Part shown: positions 26,321 to 35,793 of the stretch, piece after piece
Layout: each line of letters begins with the position of its first letter
Position numbering within the stretch: position 1 is the stretch's first letter
Source of the DNA: Chloroflexota bacterium
Lineage (GTDB): Bacteria > Chloroflexota > Anaerolineae > Anaerolineales > UBA11858
Assembly: GCA_018263575.1 (NCBI GenBank)
Contig: JAANWX010000057.1
Location: 1 to 49,132, forward strand
Length of the DNA: 49,132 nucleotides
Direction: 5' to 3'
Notes under the pieces: model-generated
Database searches by the model: none
Told to the model about the DNA's origin: nothing
The model's input: the letters and a program-made list of their open reading frames with translations, nothing else
Program-made: the position numbers and the translations under genes

Positions 26321-26456
26321 AGAGATGCCTATTCTCTGTTCCCTGAGACGTTCGAAAGGAGGTGTTCTGTAAAAGATTAACTGAATAACTATCTTCACCC
26401 AAGGTCCGATTTGTCTAAAACAAATACCAAAATTCATACCTAGTTAAGGAGGAAGC

Positions 26457-27854
26457 ATGTTTCGCACAAAACGTTACATTTACGCTTTATTGATTCTGGT
26501 TGTAGCAGCCCTGATATTCGCGGCCTGCGCAACACCTGAGGTGATAGAGAAAGAAGTTATCGTCACCGTCGAAGTCGAGAAAGAAGTCGAGGTCGAGAAA
26601 GAGGTCGTAGTCACCGAGATCGTCGAGGTTGAGGCCGAAGCTCCCCCGGTTGGCCGCTGTGCCCCCATGGACGCTGCAGATGTTGAAGTTATCAAGATCG
26701 GTGTTCCGCTGCCCATGTCCGCCCCTGGCGCTGTTGGTGGTGGTCTGGCCATGCAATACGCCGTCAACATCGCTGTTGATCAACTTAATGCAGATGGCGG
26801 CGTGCTTGGCAAGCCAGTACAGCCCGTATTCTATGACACTGCCAGCCTGCCCGAGCGCGGTACCGCAGCCATGGAATACTTTATCACCCAGGAATGTGTT
26901 GTCGCTGTTGTTGGCGAATACCACAGTTCCGCCGGTGTGGCAGAGAAAGAAGTTGCCCACAAATACCATATCCCCACCGTCTTCGCAGAAACTTGGAACG
27001 ACACTATCACAGGTGCTGGCTACGCCGAAGTCTTCCGCATTGCACCTGCTTCATCGATGGTAGCTGCTGCCGATGTGAATTACATCTCGAACTTGGAAGG
27101 TATTGAATTCGTCGTCATCGTCACTGAAAACACCGACTATGGCTTGCCGGCTGCCGATCAAACCGCAGAAGCTTTGGCTACCATTGGCATCGAAACTGAA
27201 ATTTACTCTGCTGATAAGGGTGTTGCCGATTACTCCGCGATTATCACCCGTATCCAAGCTGGTCCGGTTCCTGACATTGTTATGACCCTGACCACCGGCG
27301 AAGACTCCTACAACTTTGAAAATCAGGCTATTGAAGCTGGTCTCATGCCTACCGCAGACACCATTTGTATTGCGAATCAGGTTGCCATTCAGCCTGCCTT
27401 CTGGGATGCTGTTCCCGGCGGTAATTACTGCTCCTTCCGCAAGGTGGGATTGGTACCGGCGCTGGCTAACGAAGTAACCCAAACCTTCGAGGCAGAATAT
27501 CGCAAACGCTTTGACATCTTCCCCGAGTCCTACGCTCTTGAAGCTTATGACGCGATGATGATTATGGCGAACGCAATAGAGAATGCTGGCTCCCTGGACC
27601 CCGATGCGATCATCACCGCTCTGGAAGCCACCGACATCACGCTGGCGCAAGGCCGCTACTACTTCCCTTATGGTTCTGACAATCCTGTACCTGATGATGA
27701 ACCAGATTGGATGTGGCACCAGTGGCCAGATCCCGCTGTGCTTTTCATTCAGTACTTCGAAGAAGGACAGAGCGCAACTGATGCCGCTGTCATTTTCCCC
27801 GAAGTTTACCAGACTCACGACACCTTCCTGATTCCATTTGGGGAGACCCCGTAG
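26457..27854 (+). CDS. ABC transporter substrate-binding lipoprotein (LIV/HAAT family)
   Basis: Lipobox ALIFAAC, a Val/Glu-repeat linker, and a periplasmic-binding-protein type 1 body. It is followed by LivHMGF-type genes. Confidence 0.85.
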   Translation: MFRTKRYIYALLILVVAALIFAACATPEVIEKEVIVTVEVEKEVEVEKEVVVTEIVEVEAEAPPVGRCAPMDAADVEVIKIGVPLPMSAPGAVGGGLAMQYAVNIAVDQLNADGGVLGKPVQPVFYDTASLPERGTAAMEYFITQECVVAVVGEYHSSAGVAEKEVAHKYHIPTVFAETWNDTITGAGYAEVFRIAPASSMVAAADVNYISNLEGIEFVVIVTENTDYGLPAADQTAEALATIGIETEIYSADKGVADYSAIITRIQAGPVPDIVMTLTTGEDSYNFENQAIEAGLMPTADTICIANQVAIQPAFWDAVPGGNYCSFRKVGLVPALANEVTQTFEAEYRKRFDIFPESYALEAYDAMMIMANAIENAGSLDPDAIITALEATDITLAQGRYYFPYGSDNPVPDDEPDWMWHQWPDPAVLFIQYFEEGQSATDAAVIFPEVYQTHDTFLIPFGETP

Positions 27855-27880
27855 TTTGAGTAAAAATCACAAGATATAAA

Positions 27881-27917
27881 CAAGAAGGGGCGTCTGATTA
27901 TCAGACGCCCCTTCTTG
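27881..27917 (+). terminator. Perfect 17-bp-stem hairpin between the SBP and permease genes (intra-operon attenuator or RNA stabiliser)
   Basis: caagaaggggcgtctga-tta-tcagacgccccttcttg. There is no clear U-tract. Confidence 0.55.
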
Positions 27918-28035
27918 TAAGCGTGAATGAAATTATCCATTGTGAATTGCGAATGATTTCATCATTTTGGCAGTGAATTAATGGTTAGTGATTGACAGTG
28001 GATAACTCACAACCATTATTCTCGAGGAGGAAAAT

Positions 28036-28980
28036 ATGGACTATATTACCGGTCAATTCCTGGTAAATCTACTCATGAATGGGATTCTCATTGGCCTCAT
28101 TTATGGGTTGATGGCCTTGGGCTTGACGCTCATCTTTTCTGTTTTAGGTATTGTTAGTTTCGCGCATGGAGAATTCTACATGATCGGGGGATATGTAGTG
28201 TATTATTTACTCCAAGCTTTTGGCAATTTAGAACCCATGATTGCTATTCTCATTGCAGGAGCAGTTACATTTGTCATTGGGGTCATCTTTGAGTTGTTAT
28301 TCCTGCAACCAATGGGCAAAGGTGATATCGAACGACCTGGCGAATACGCTATTCTTTTGACCTTTGGATTGGCATTCTTTTTGCAACATGTAATGATTGG
28401 CATTGTTGGACCTTTCCCGACAAAAGTAGATCGTTTTTATGATTTCGCAGAAATAGATTGGGGTTGGTTGAGAATGAAAGCTGCTACGGTTTGGTTCTTC
28501 GACATGCCCATCAGTTCCAGTCGTCTCATTGCTACCGGAGTTGCAGTTGTTCTCACCGCGCTCATGATCTGGTTTATGAGCAAAACGTGGACAGGACGAG
28601 GTTTACAGGCCGTCAGCCAAGACAGGCAGGCTGCATCTGTTGTCGGTATCAACCCCTCGCACATGAACACTTTGGCATTTGGGTTAGGAACAATGCTCGC
28701 AGGCATGTCTGGAGCGGCATTGGTGACGGTTTTTGCCTGGGTACCCTGGGTGGGGATGCCAGCCTCTAGCAAATCCTTTATCATTATCGTATTGGGCGGT
28801 ATGGGTTCCATGCCCGGCGCTCTTCTGGGAGGATTGGTTTTGGGGATTGTTGAATCCTTTGGCGCTGGTTTATACCCCGATCCATCCAAGGCCCTAGCTT
28901 ATAAAGATGCTTTTGGCTTGCTGGTTTTCGCCTTAGTACTTTTGGTCAAACCTACTGGCTTCTTTGGGAGGAAACTATGA
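28036..28980 (+). CDS. livH: Branched-chain amino acid ABC permease (LivH type)
   Basis: 314-aa polytopic membrane protein whose stop overlaps the next start. Confidence 0.85.
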   Translation: MDYITGQFLVNLLMNGILIGLIYGLMALGLTLIFSVLGIVSFAHGEFYMIGGYVVYYLLQAFGNLEPMIAILIAGAVTFVIGVIFELLFLQPMGKGDIERPGEYAILLTFGLAFFLQHVMIGIVGPFPTKVDRFYDFAEIDWGWLRMKAATVWFFDMPISSSRLIATGVAVVLTALMIWFMSKTWTGRGLQAVSQDRQAASVVGINPSHMNTLAFGLGTMLAGMSGAALVTVFAWVPWVGMPASSKSFIIIVLGGMGSMPGALLGGLVLGIVESFGAGLYPDPSKALAYKDAFGLLVFALVLLVKPTGFFGRKL

Positions 28981-30068
28981 AACGCATACCAATTCAAGGG
29001 GTATTACTTGTTCTCCTGCTCATATTTGCGTTTGCATTTCCTAGAATAATGCAAGGTCAGCCATATTGGCTTTATGTTGCTCTACAATCCTTTTTCTGGG
29101 CAATGATGGCAGCTAGTTGGGCTTTGCTTGCTGGTTATGCAGGGCAATTTTCCTTTGCACATATTGCCTTTATGGGAATCGCTTCCTATACCAGTGGTAT
29201 TTTAGGACGGGACTTGGGGTGGTCGCCTATTTCAGGAATTATTCTTGGTACGCTTATGGCAGGTTTGGTCGGAGTTCTCGTTGGCTACTTATGCCTTCGT
29301 CTCCGACGTACCTACTTAGCCCTCTTTACTATCGCATTCTCTGAAATTGTGCGCCTCATTATCAACGCGGAACATGAATTTACAGGCGGCCCAATGGGGC
29401 TTTATATGGAGCCTCTGCTTGAGACAACCTCCTATGTGCCTACCTACTATATTATGTTGGTGGCACTAATCGTTTCACTTGCCATCATGTATGCAATCGC
29501 AAACTCTCGCTTAGGATTATTTTTACGCTCCATCCGAGAAGATGAAGAAGCCGCAGCCGCGATGGGCGTTCATGTTGTTCGCTATAAAATCTTGGCATTC
29601 GTCATTACCTCGATGATTGCAGGCATAGCAGGAGCGCTCGACCACCACATTATCGGGTTCATCGCTCCTAACGAATTGATGATTCCCCGCATGAGTTTGG
29701 TTATTGCTATGGCCGTCATCGGCGGCACAGAAAGCCTTATCAGCGCGTCGCTGGGCGCGATCTTTATTCACTTCGCAATGGAATGGCTCCAAAAAATCCC
29801 TGTTCCAGCAAGTTGGATGCCAAGCCTGAGAGAAAACACGGCAACCTTACAACAATTCGGGCTGTCTCTTGGCGAGGGCTATCTTCAAACGAATGCCTGG
29901 CGTATGGTTTTATTCGGCCTGATGTTGATGTTGACATTGCGTTTCTGGCGAAATGGGTTGATTCAACCCTTGCTGGAAAAAATTGGACGGCAAGGCGTCG
30001 CTGAAGAAACGGTTGCCAAACGAAAATTTTCCCAAGAAGAAAATGAAATAGAAGGCACGGAGGCTTAG
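28977..30068 (+). CDS. livM: Branched-chain amino acid ABC permease (LivM type)
   Basis: 363-aa polytopic membrane protein with a 4-nt overlap with livH. Confidence 0.85.
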   Translation: MKRIPIQGVLLVLLLIFAFAFPRIMQGQPYWLYVALQSFFWAMMAASWALLAGYAGQFSFAHIAFMGIASYTSGILGRDLGWSPISGIILGTLMAGLVGVLVGYLCLRLRRTYLALFTIAFSEIVRLIINAEHEFTGGPMGLYMEPLLETTSYVPTYYIMLVALIVSLAIMYAIANSRLGLFLRSIREDEEAAAAMGVHVVRYKILAFVITSMIAGIAGALDHHIIGFIAPNELMIPRMSLVIAMAVIGGTESLISASLGAIFIHFAMEWLQKIPVPASWMPSLRENTATLQQFGLSLGEGYLQTNAWRMVLFGLMLMLTLRFWRNGLIQPLLEKIGRQGVAEETVAKRKFSQEENEIEGTEA

Positions 30069-30070
30069 CC

Positions 30071-30802
30071 ATGAAGTTAGAAATTAAAAACATTACAAAG
30101 AACTTTGGTGGTATGCAAGCCCTCAACAACGTGGAACTCACCATCGATAAATCGGAAATCATCGGGCTTATCGGCCCCAACGGAGCCGGAAAAACCACGC
30201 TCACTAATGTAATCGACGGTGTTTACAAACCGTCGGAAGGAGAAGTGTGGCTCAATGATGAACGAATTGACCACCTTCCGCCCTACAAAATTGCCCGCCG
30301 CGGGCTGGGACGTACCTTTCAGGTGACACGTGCCTTCCGGCGTATGACGGTGATGGAAAATATGATGGTTCCTGCAATGGCGATAAACCCGGGCGCAAAA
30401 CGCCAAAACGTGATCAACAAAGCCCAAGGGATTTTAGAATTCTTGACCTTTGAGCATCTGGCCAACGAATACGGACGCGGTCTCTCTGGCGGGCAGCAAA
30501 AATTGCTCGAATTAGCTCGCTTGCTGATGCTTGACCCAGATTTTGTCATCCTGGATGAGCCTTTCGCTGGGGTACACCCCACGCTTCAGGAAACTATCTA
30601 CGGCTATATTGACAAAGTCCGGCAAGAAGGCAAGGCCATCATCTTGATCAGCCATGATATGGATTCTATCTTTACCCTAAGTGAACGACTGGTGGTACTT
30701 GACTTTGGTGCGATTATTGCCGATGGTAATCCCCAGAATGTAAAACAAGACCCTGTTGTCATCAAAGCTTACCTGGGTGAAGATGAAGAGGAGGATTATT
30801 AG
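30071..30802 (+). CDS. livG: ABC ATP-binding protein (LivG type)
   Basis: Walker A GPNGAGKTT, signature LSGGQQK, and Walker B ILDEP. Confidence 0.9.
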   Translation: MKLEIKNITKNFGGMQALNNVELTIDKSEIIGLIGPNGAGKTTLTNVIDGVYKPSEGEVWLNDERIDHLPPYKIARRGLGRTFQVTRAFRRMTVMENMMVPAMAINPGAKRQNVINKAQGILEFLTFEHLANEYGRGLSGGQQKLLELARLLMLDPDFVILDEPFAGVHPTLQETIYGYIDKVRQEGKAIILISHDMDSIFTLSERLVVLDFGAIIADGNPQNVKQDPVVIKAYLGEDEEEDY

Positions 30803-30804
30803 AA

Positions 30805-31506
30805 ATGCTTGAAATTAAAGACCTATATGTTGGGTATTACAGTGACTTGAATATCATTCAAGGTGTAGACCTCATTGCTCGAGAACAACAGATCACTGCT
30901 ATTTTGGGCGCCAATGGTGTGGGTAAATCCACATTACTTAAGTCAATTTACGGGTTTCTAAAACCTAATAGTGGCGAAATCTGGATGGGAGATCGGCGGG
31001 TGGATGGTACCCCCACCCATGAATTGATCAATCTCGGCATCTCCTATATTCCACAACACACTGGCCTTTTCAAATGGATGTCGGTGGAAGAGAACATCGA
31101 ACTAGGCGGCTGGACTTTCCGCAAGGATAAAGATCGTCTCAAGCAAAAGCTGGAAGAAAGCTATGAACGTTTTCCCGTCCTGAAAGAAAAACGCAAGCAA
31201 GCCGCTGGCGAACTCTCAGGTGGACAGCAACGCATGGTCGAGATCAGCCGTACATTGATGACAGATCCAAAAGTAATCCTGGTGGACGAACCGACCGCTG
31301 GATTGGCTAAACTATTGTCTCAGGATGTATATGACATGTTGACCGATCTACGTGATAACGATGGTCTGACCATTGTTTTGGTAGATCAGGAAATTCGCTC
31401 GGCTTTGAAGGTGTCGGATTACGTTTATGTGCTTGATCTGGGCCATAATCATTTTGATGGGCCAGTGGATGAGAACATTGACCTGGAGGAAGTGTTCTGG
31501 GCATAA
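30805..31506 (+). CDS. livF: ABC ATP-binding protein (LivF type)
   Basis: GANGVGKST, LSGGQQRM and LVDEP. Confidence 0.9.
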   Translation: MLEIKDLYVGYYSDLNIIQGVDLIAREQQITAILGANGVGKSTLLKSIYGFLKPNSGEIWMGDRRVDGTPTHELINLGISYIPQHTGLFKWMSVEENIELGGWTFRKDKDRLKQKLEESYERFPVLKEKRKQAAGELSGGQQRMVEISRTLMTDPKVILVDEPTAGLAKLLSQDVYDMLTDLRDNDGLTIVLVDQEIRSALKVSDYVYVLDLGHNHFDGPVDENIDLEEVFWA

Positions 31507-31600
31507 CTGGTGGCTTGGGGAATTGGTAGATTAGTAGATTGGTAAACGATCCACGCGACCAATATACCAGATTATCAATGTACAAAATAAGGAGTTTAAA

Positions 31601-32248
31601 ATGTTAGTAAAAGAGCGTATGAGTTTGCACCCACTGACGATGAAATCTGAAGCATCTATAACAGAGGTGCATCGGTATATGAAGGAGAATAATATTCGTC
31701 ACTTGCCCGTTATGAACAAGAAAGAGAAACTAGTGGGGTTGGTCAGCCGTGAGACGTTGATGGAGGCAATGCCCTCGTCAGCGACCACACTCAACATCTG
31801 GGAAATCAACTACGCGTTGAGCAAAGTCAAGGTTGGCGATGTGATGGTGCGGGATGTAATCACCGTGGAAGAAAACGTTACCATAGAAGAAGCTGCCCGT
31901 GTGATGATCGAGAAACAAATTGGTTCCTTACCCGTGATGCGTGGGGAAGTGTTGGTCGGTATCATCACCGAGACTGACATGCTCTCCACGTTAATGGAAC
32001 TCGTAGGTACCCGCAGGGCCGGGGTACGGATCACACTCCAGGGGCCGACCGAGACAGGAGTGCTGGCCGGGATCACGGGGGCAATTGCGGAGAAAGGCGG
32101 GAGCATCGCCGCATGCGGCACCTATGAGGCCGAAGAACCGCTGAGGTTCAATGTCGTTCTTAAGGTCAGACATATACTCCAAGACGACTTGGTCGCCACA
32201 CTGGAAGCCCTTAATGAAATAGAGGTACTGAACGTTAGAACAAGTTAG
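31601..32248 (+). CDS. CBS-pair plus ACT domain protein (AcuB-like)
   Basis: Two CBS repeats (IRHLPVM..., IGSLPVM...) followed by an ACT-like C-terminus. AAGGAG lies upstream. Confidence 0.75.
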   Translation: MLVKERMSLHPLTMKSEASITEVHRYMKENNIRHLPVMNKKEKLVGLVSRETLMEAMPSSATTLNIWEINYALSKVKVGDVMVRDVITVEENVTIEEAARVMIEKQIGSLPVMRGEVLVGIITETDMLSTLMELVGTRRAGVRITLQGPTETGVLAGITGAIAEKGGSIAACGTYEAEEPLRFNVVLKVRHILQDDLVATLEALNEIEVLNVRTS

Positions 32249-32467
32249 CAGGGCGAGGTGCGGAGCGATTTTTAAGCATTTCAGGTAGCATCAAAGATGA
32301 GGGGCAAGACTTCACCCAACGGGTGTGCAAGGCACGAAGTCTAACGGCTTTTGAAGACTTCGGAAGTCTTTGCCCCAAAATATTGAGAAGATACTATTTC
32401 TGCTTTGCGCTTCAAACTTCCGTCAAGAGTGCCTCGTACTTAGGATCTGTCCACTAATAACTTTCTT

Positions 32468-32525
32468 CCAGGAACACGGTTCCTCAGCCCTTTTAGGGTG
32501 TTTTGCAAAGGAACCGTGTTCCTGG
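32468..32525. repeat. Perfect 16-bp inverted repeat hairpin
   Basis: ccaggaacacggttcc, a 26-nt loop, then ggaaccgtgttcctgg. Confidence 0.7.
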
Positions 32526-32721
32526 TTTGGACGCAAATCACGAAGTTAATAATGGACAATTCAGGATGGTTCACAATTAACTTTACACTTTGGGTAGTGA
32601 GCCAACCGTGTTGGCGGCTCAATCAGACCTGCCCAACTCGGTTGGGCGCCTACCCGTGAGAAAAAGTGTCAAGCTATTTGTTTAGCAAAATGAACCATCC
32701 CGACAATTACAGTTTATTTAT

Positions 32722-34095
32722 ATGGCTCAATCGGCAGAAGTTGTCATTTGTGGAGCGGGCAGTGCAGGTGTTGCCGCAGCCTACTATTTGGCTAAACAAC
32801 AGACCATTACCAATGTTCTAGTGTTGGATAAGCACCCACCACTAACGCAGACCAGCGCCAAATCAGGCGAAAACTATCGTAACTGGTGGCCTACCGAGGT
32901 CATGGTGCGTTTTATGAATCGCAGCATTGATCTCATGGAAGCGCTTAGCGAAGCCTCCAACGATATCTTCAACATGGAACGCCGTGGCTATGCCTACGTC
33001 ACAGAGTCCATTGCAGATATACATAACTACGTCCATCATTACAGTCAATTGAGTGTTGGTGACATACGATTTCACAGGGGCACACACCAAAACGGCACAG
33101 CGACTTATTCCCCTCCAGCCTATCGGGGTTTCGAAGGACAACCTGATGGTGCAGATTTGCTACTTGATAAACAGATTATCCAGACAACTTTCCCCCACTT
33201 TTCAGACGATATACAGGCTGTCATCCATGCCCGGCGTTGCGGCGCAATCAGCGCCCAGCAATTGGGCATGTACTTGTTGGAAGAGGCAAAGAAGCTCGGC
33301 GTCAGGGAACTGCGCGGCGAGCTTATTGCTATCGAGCAGGATCACTGCGGCGTTAGGGCTGTCGAGGTCAAGACGGCAAACGGAAAAGAACGCATAGAAA
33401 CGCGCCGAGTTATCAATGCGGCTGGCCCATTCGCACCTCATGTTGCCGCTATCTTAGATGTTGAACTGCCCATTTTCTCTGTCTTGCAACAGAAAATAGC
33501 CATACAGGATCACCTCGGAGTCGTGCCGCGCGATACTCCATTCACTATCTTTATGGATGAACAACATCTCGATTGGTCCGCAGATGAAGAGCAACTCCTG
33601 CAGTCGGAACCAGAATACCAGTGGATGCTGGATAAATTCCCTGGTGGATTGCACATCAAACCGGAGGGCGGTAAAGATAGTCTTTGGATCAAACTAGGGT
33701 GGGCCTTCAACCGCACCATCGAACAACCATTATGGGAACCCGAAGGGACACTAGAATTCCCCGACATTGTTCTGCGCGGCGCATCCAGACTAATTCCTGA
33801 GTTAAAGCGATATATTGATAATATCCCCAAGCCGGTTGTGCATTACGCCGGCTATTATACGAAAACAAAAGAGAACCTACCCGTTGTTGGCCCTCTTGAT
33901 GTCGAAGGCGCTTATATTGTTGGCGCTTTGTCAGGTTTTGGCACTATGGTCAGTTGTGTGGCCGGTGAGCTAATAGCAGCCTGGGTAGCGGGAAGTGAGT
34001 TACCTGACTATGCCCACCAGCTTTCGTTGGCACGCTACGATGATCCTGCTTACCTTGCTTCTCTCAGCGGGATGCGATTAGACGGTGAACTTTAG
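32722..34095 (+). CDS. FAD-dependent oxidoreductase (DAO / amino-acid or amine oxidase-dehydrogenase family)
   Basis: N-terminal dinucleotide fold VVICGAGSAGVAAAYYLAK; 457 aa. Confidence 0.75.
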   Translation: MAQSAEVVICGAGSAGVAAAYYLAKQQTITNVLVLDKHPPLTQTSAKSGENYRNWWPTEVMVRFMNRSIDLMEALSEASNDIFNMERRGYAYVTESIADIHNYVHHYSQLSVGDIRFHRGTHQNGTATYSPPAYRGFEGQPDGADLLLDKQIIQTTFPHFSDDIQAVIHARRCGAISAQQLGMYLLEEAKKLGVRELRGELIAIEQDHCGVRAVEVKTANGKERIETRRVINAAGPFAPHVAAILDVELPIFSVLQQKIAIQDHLGVVPRDTPFTIFMDEQHLDWSADEEQLLQSEPEYQWMLDKFPGGLHIKPEGGKDSLWIKLGWAFNRTIEQPLWEPEGTLEFPDIVLRGASRLIPELKRYIDNIPKPVVHYAGYYTKTKENLPVVGPLDVEGAYIVGALSGFGTMVSCVAGELIAAWVAGSELPDYAHQLSLARYDDPAYLASLSGMRLDGEL

Positions 34096-34444
34096 TTGTA
34101 ATTATCTACGAAGCTTCGCCTCAAGCCAACGAGATTCAACGCAGAGCCGCAGAGGGGCAGAGTCGCAGGGGGCGCGTAAAAAGCACGCGGGCGTAAAAAA
34201 CACGCCTAACAAAAATAAAAACCCTGCGTCTTTGCATCTCCCCAGGGTACTTGCTCAAAATGTTAGTGGTGCAACGCATCTGTTTTTGATGCGCCATCCG
34301 CTTTCACGGTGTGCGCCCTTGGCGTGGGTGCGTTGCACCACGAGTTTGTCTGTGAAAGCCGAACTGCAATTATTATGCCCTCCGGGTACGCACTTTGCCA
34401 ACCAAGTGCAATACGGTGTTGCCGAGGCACAGCCTCGGGGCTGC

Positions 34445-34510
34445 ACACCGTGAGCACTAGCCTGTGGGCTCGCTCTACGATGTTACGGTGTACAGCCCAC
34501 GGGCTAGTGC
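34445..34510. repeat. Interleaved inverted repeats (17-bp stem plus 7-bp stem) built from a dispersed motif
   Basis: acaccgt (34445-51)/acggtgt (34485-91) and gcactagcctgtgggct (34454-70)/agcccacgggctagtgc (34494-510). cagcccacgggctag recurs at 37772-37786. Confidence 0.6.
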
Positions 34511-34751
34511 AGTTCTACCACCATGATTTTGAGCAACTACTCCCCAGGCGTGTCTTGTACGCCCACTCTGCGTTAAAATTTATGATTTGCAGTGGAAATC
34601 TTGTCTCATCTGTAAAGAATTTTGGGTATAAGGAGTTCACTCCCCTGCCAAGACCTCCGAGGTTTTTGGGGTGCAAAACCTCGGAGGTCTGCCCCGTTAG
34701 GATGGGGAAGGTGAACGGTTGCCTTTAGTATTTAGAAAGGAGTTTCTAACT

Positions 34752-35765
34752 ATGTCAGAAAACATTCGAGTAATACAATACGGGCTTGGTCCCATTGGAA
34801 ACGCCACAGCACGCTACATCGTGGAACGTGCAGGGCTAGAGTTAGTCGGTGGGGTAGATATTGACCCGGCCAAGGTCGGCAAGGATGTCGGCAAGGTCAT
34901 TGGCCTGGAACGGGACCTGGACTTTGCCGTGACCGAGAATCTGGCGCAAATTAAGGTCACCGCCGATGTAGTGCTGCACGCCACCAGTTCTTACTTTGAC
35001 CAGTTCGAGGATCAAATTATAGAGATATTGGAAGCAGGCCTGGATGTCGTCTCCACAGCGGAGGAACTTTCTTTCCCCTGGCTGGCTCATCCCCAACAGG
35101 CCGCCGAGATCGATGCTGTAGCCAAGCGCGTTGGAAAAACCGTCCTAGGTACCGGCGTCAATCCCGGTTTTATTATGGACTCATTTCCCCTCAACCTGAC
35201 GGCCATCTGCCAGCAGGTCGAAGGCATTGACGTGACACGGCGCATCAACGCTTCCACCCGGCGCGGACCATTCCAGGCTAAAATTGGTTCCGGCATGACA
35301 GTGGATGATTTCAATGCCAGGATTGCCGCTGGCCGCATGGGCCACGTGGGACTGCCCGAGTCTATGGGCATGGTCTTGGACACCCTAGGCAAGAGGCTAA
35401 TTCGTTACGATTCTGACATTGAGCCAGTTGTGGCTGACCATTTGATCACGACTGACTATTTTGAGGTGCAGCCTGGTCAGGTGCAGGGACTCAGACAGGT
35501 GGGCCGAGCCTACGTCAACGGGGGGAATGATCAGGAAACCGACCCCAGGGAGTTTTTGACACTCACCTTTATTGCCGCCCTTGAATTGGAAAATGAAGGT
35601 GATATAATACAAATCTTTGGCAGCCCCAACCTTGAGGCCAATCTCAAAGGTACCAACGGCGACATTGCCACAGTAGCCATCGCCGTCAACAGTATTCGCC
35701 GTGTGAAAGAGGCTGCGCCAGGTCTGGTTACGATGCGAGATCTGCCCATCGTGACTTTCTGGTAA
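34752..35765 (+). CDS. NAD(P)-dependent amine dehydrogenase of the 2,4-diaminopentanoate dehydrogenase / DapB-like family
   Basis: Rossmann N-terminus IRVIQYGLGPIGNATARY. I place the start at ATG 34752 (AAAGGAG upstream) rather than at 34719. Confidence 0.65.
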   Translation: MSENIRVIQYGLGPIGNATARYIVERAGLELVGGVDIDPAKVGKDVGKVIGLERDLDFAVTENLAQIKVTADVVLHATSSYFDQFEDQIIEILEAGLDVVSTAEELSFPWLAHPQQAAEIDAVAKRVGKTVLGTGVNPGFIMDSFPLNLTAICQQVEGIDVTRRINASTRRGPFQAKIGSGMTVDDFNARIAAGRMGHVGLPESMGMVLDTLGKRLIRYDSDIEPVVADHLITTDYFEVQPGQVQGLRQVGRAYVNGGNDQETDPREFLTLTFIAALELENEGDIIQIFGSPNLEANLKGTNGDIATVAIAVNSIRRVKEAAPGLVTMRDLPIVTFW

Positions 35766-35793
35766 AAATTCTTAGAAAACAAAGGAGACATTT

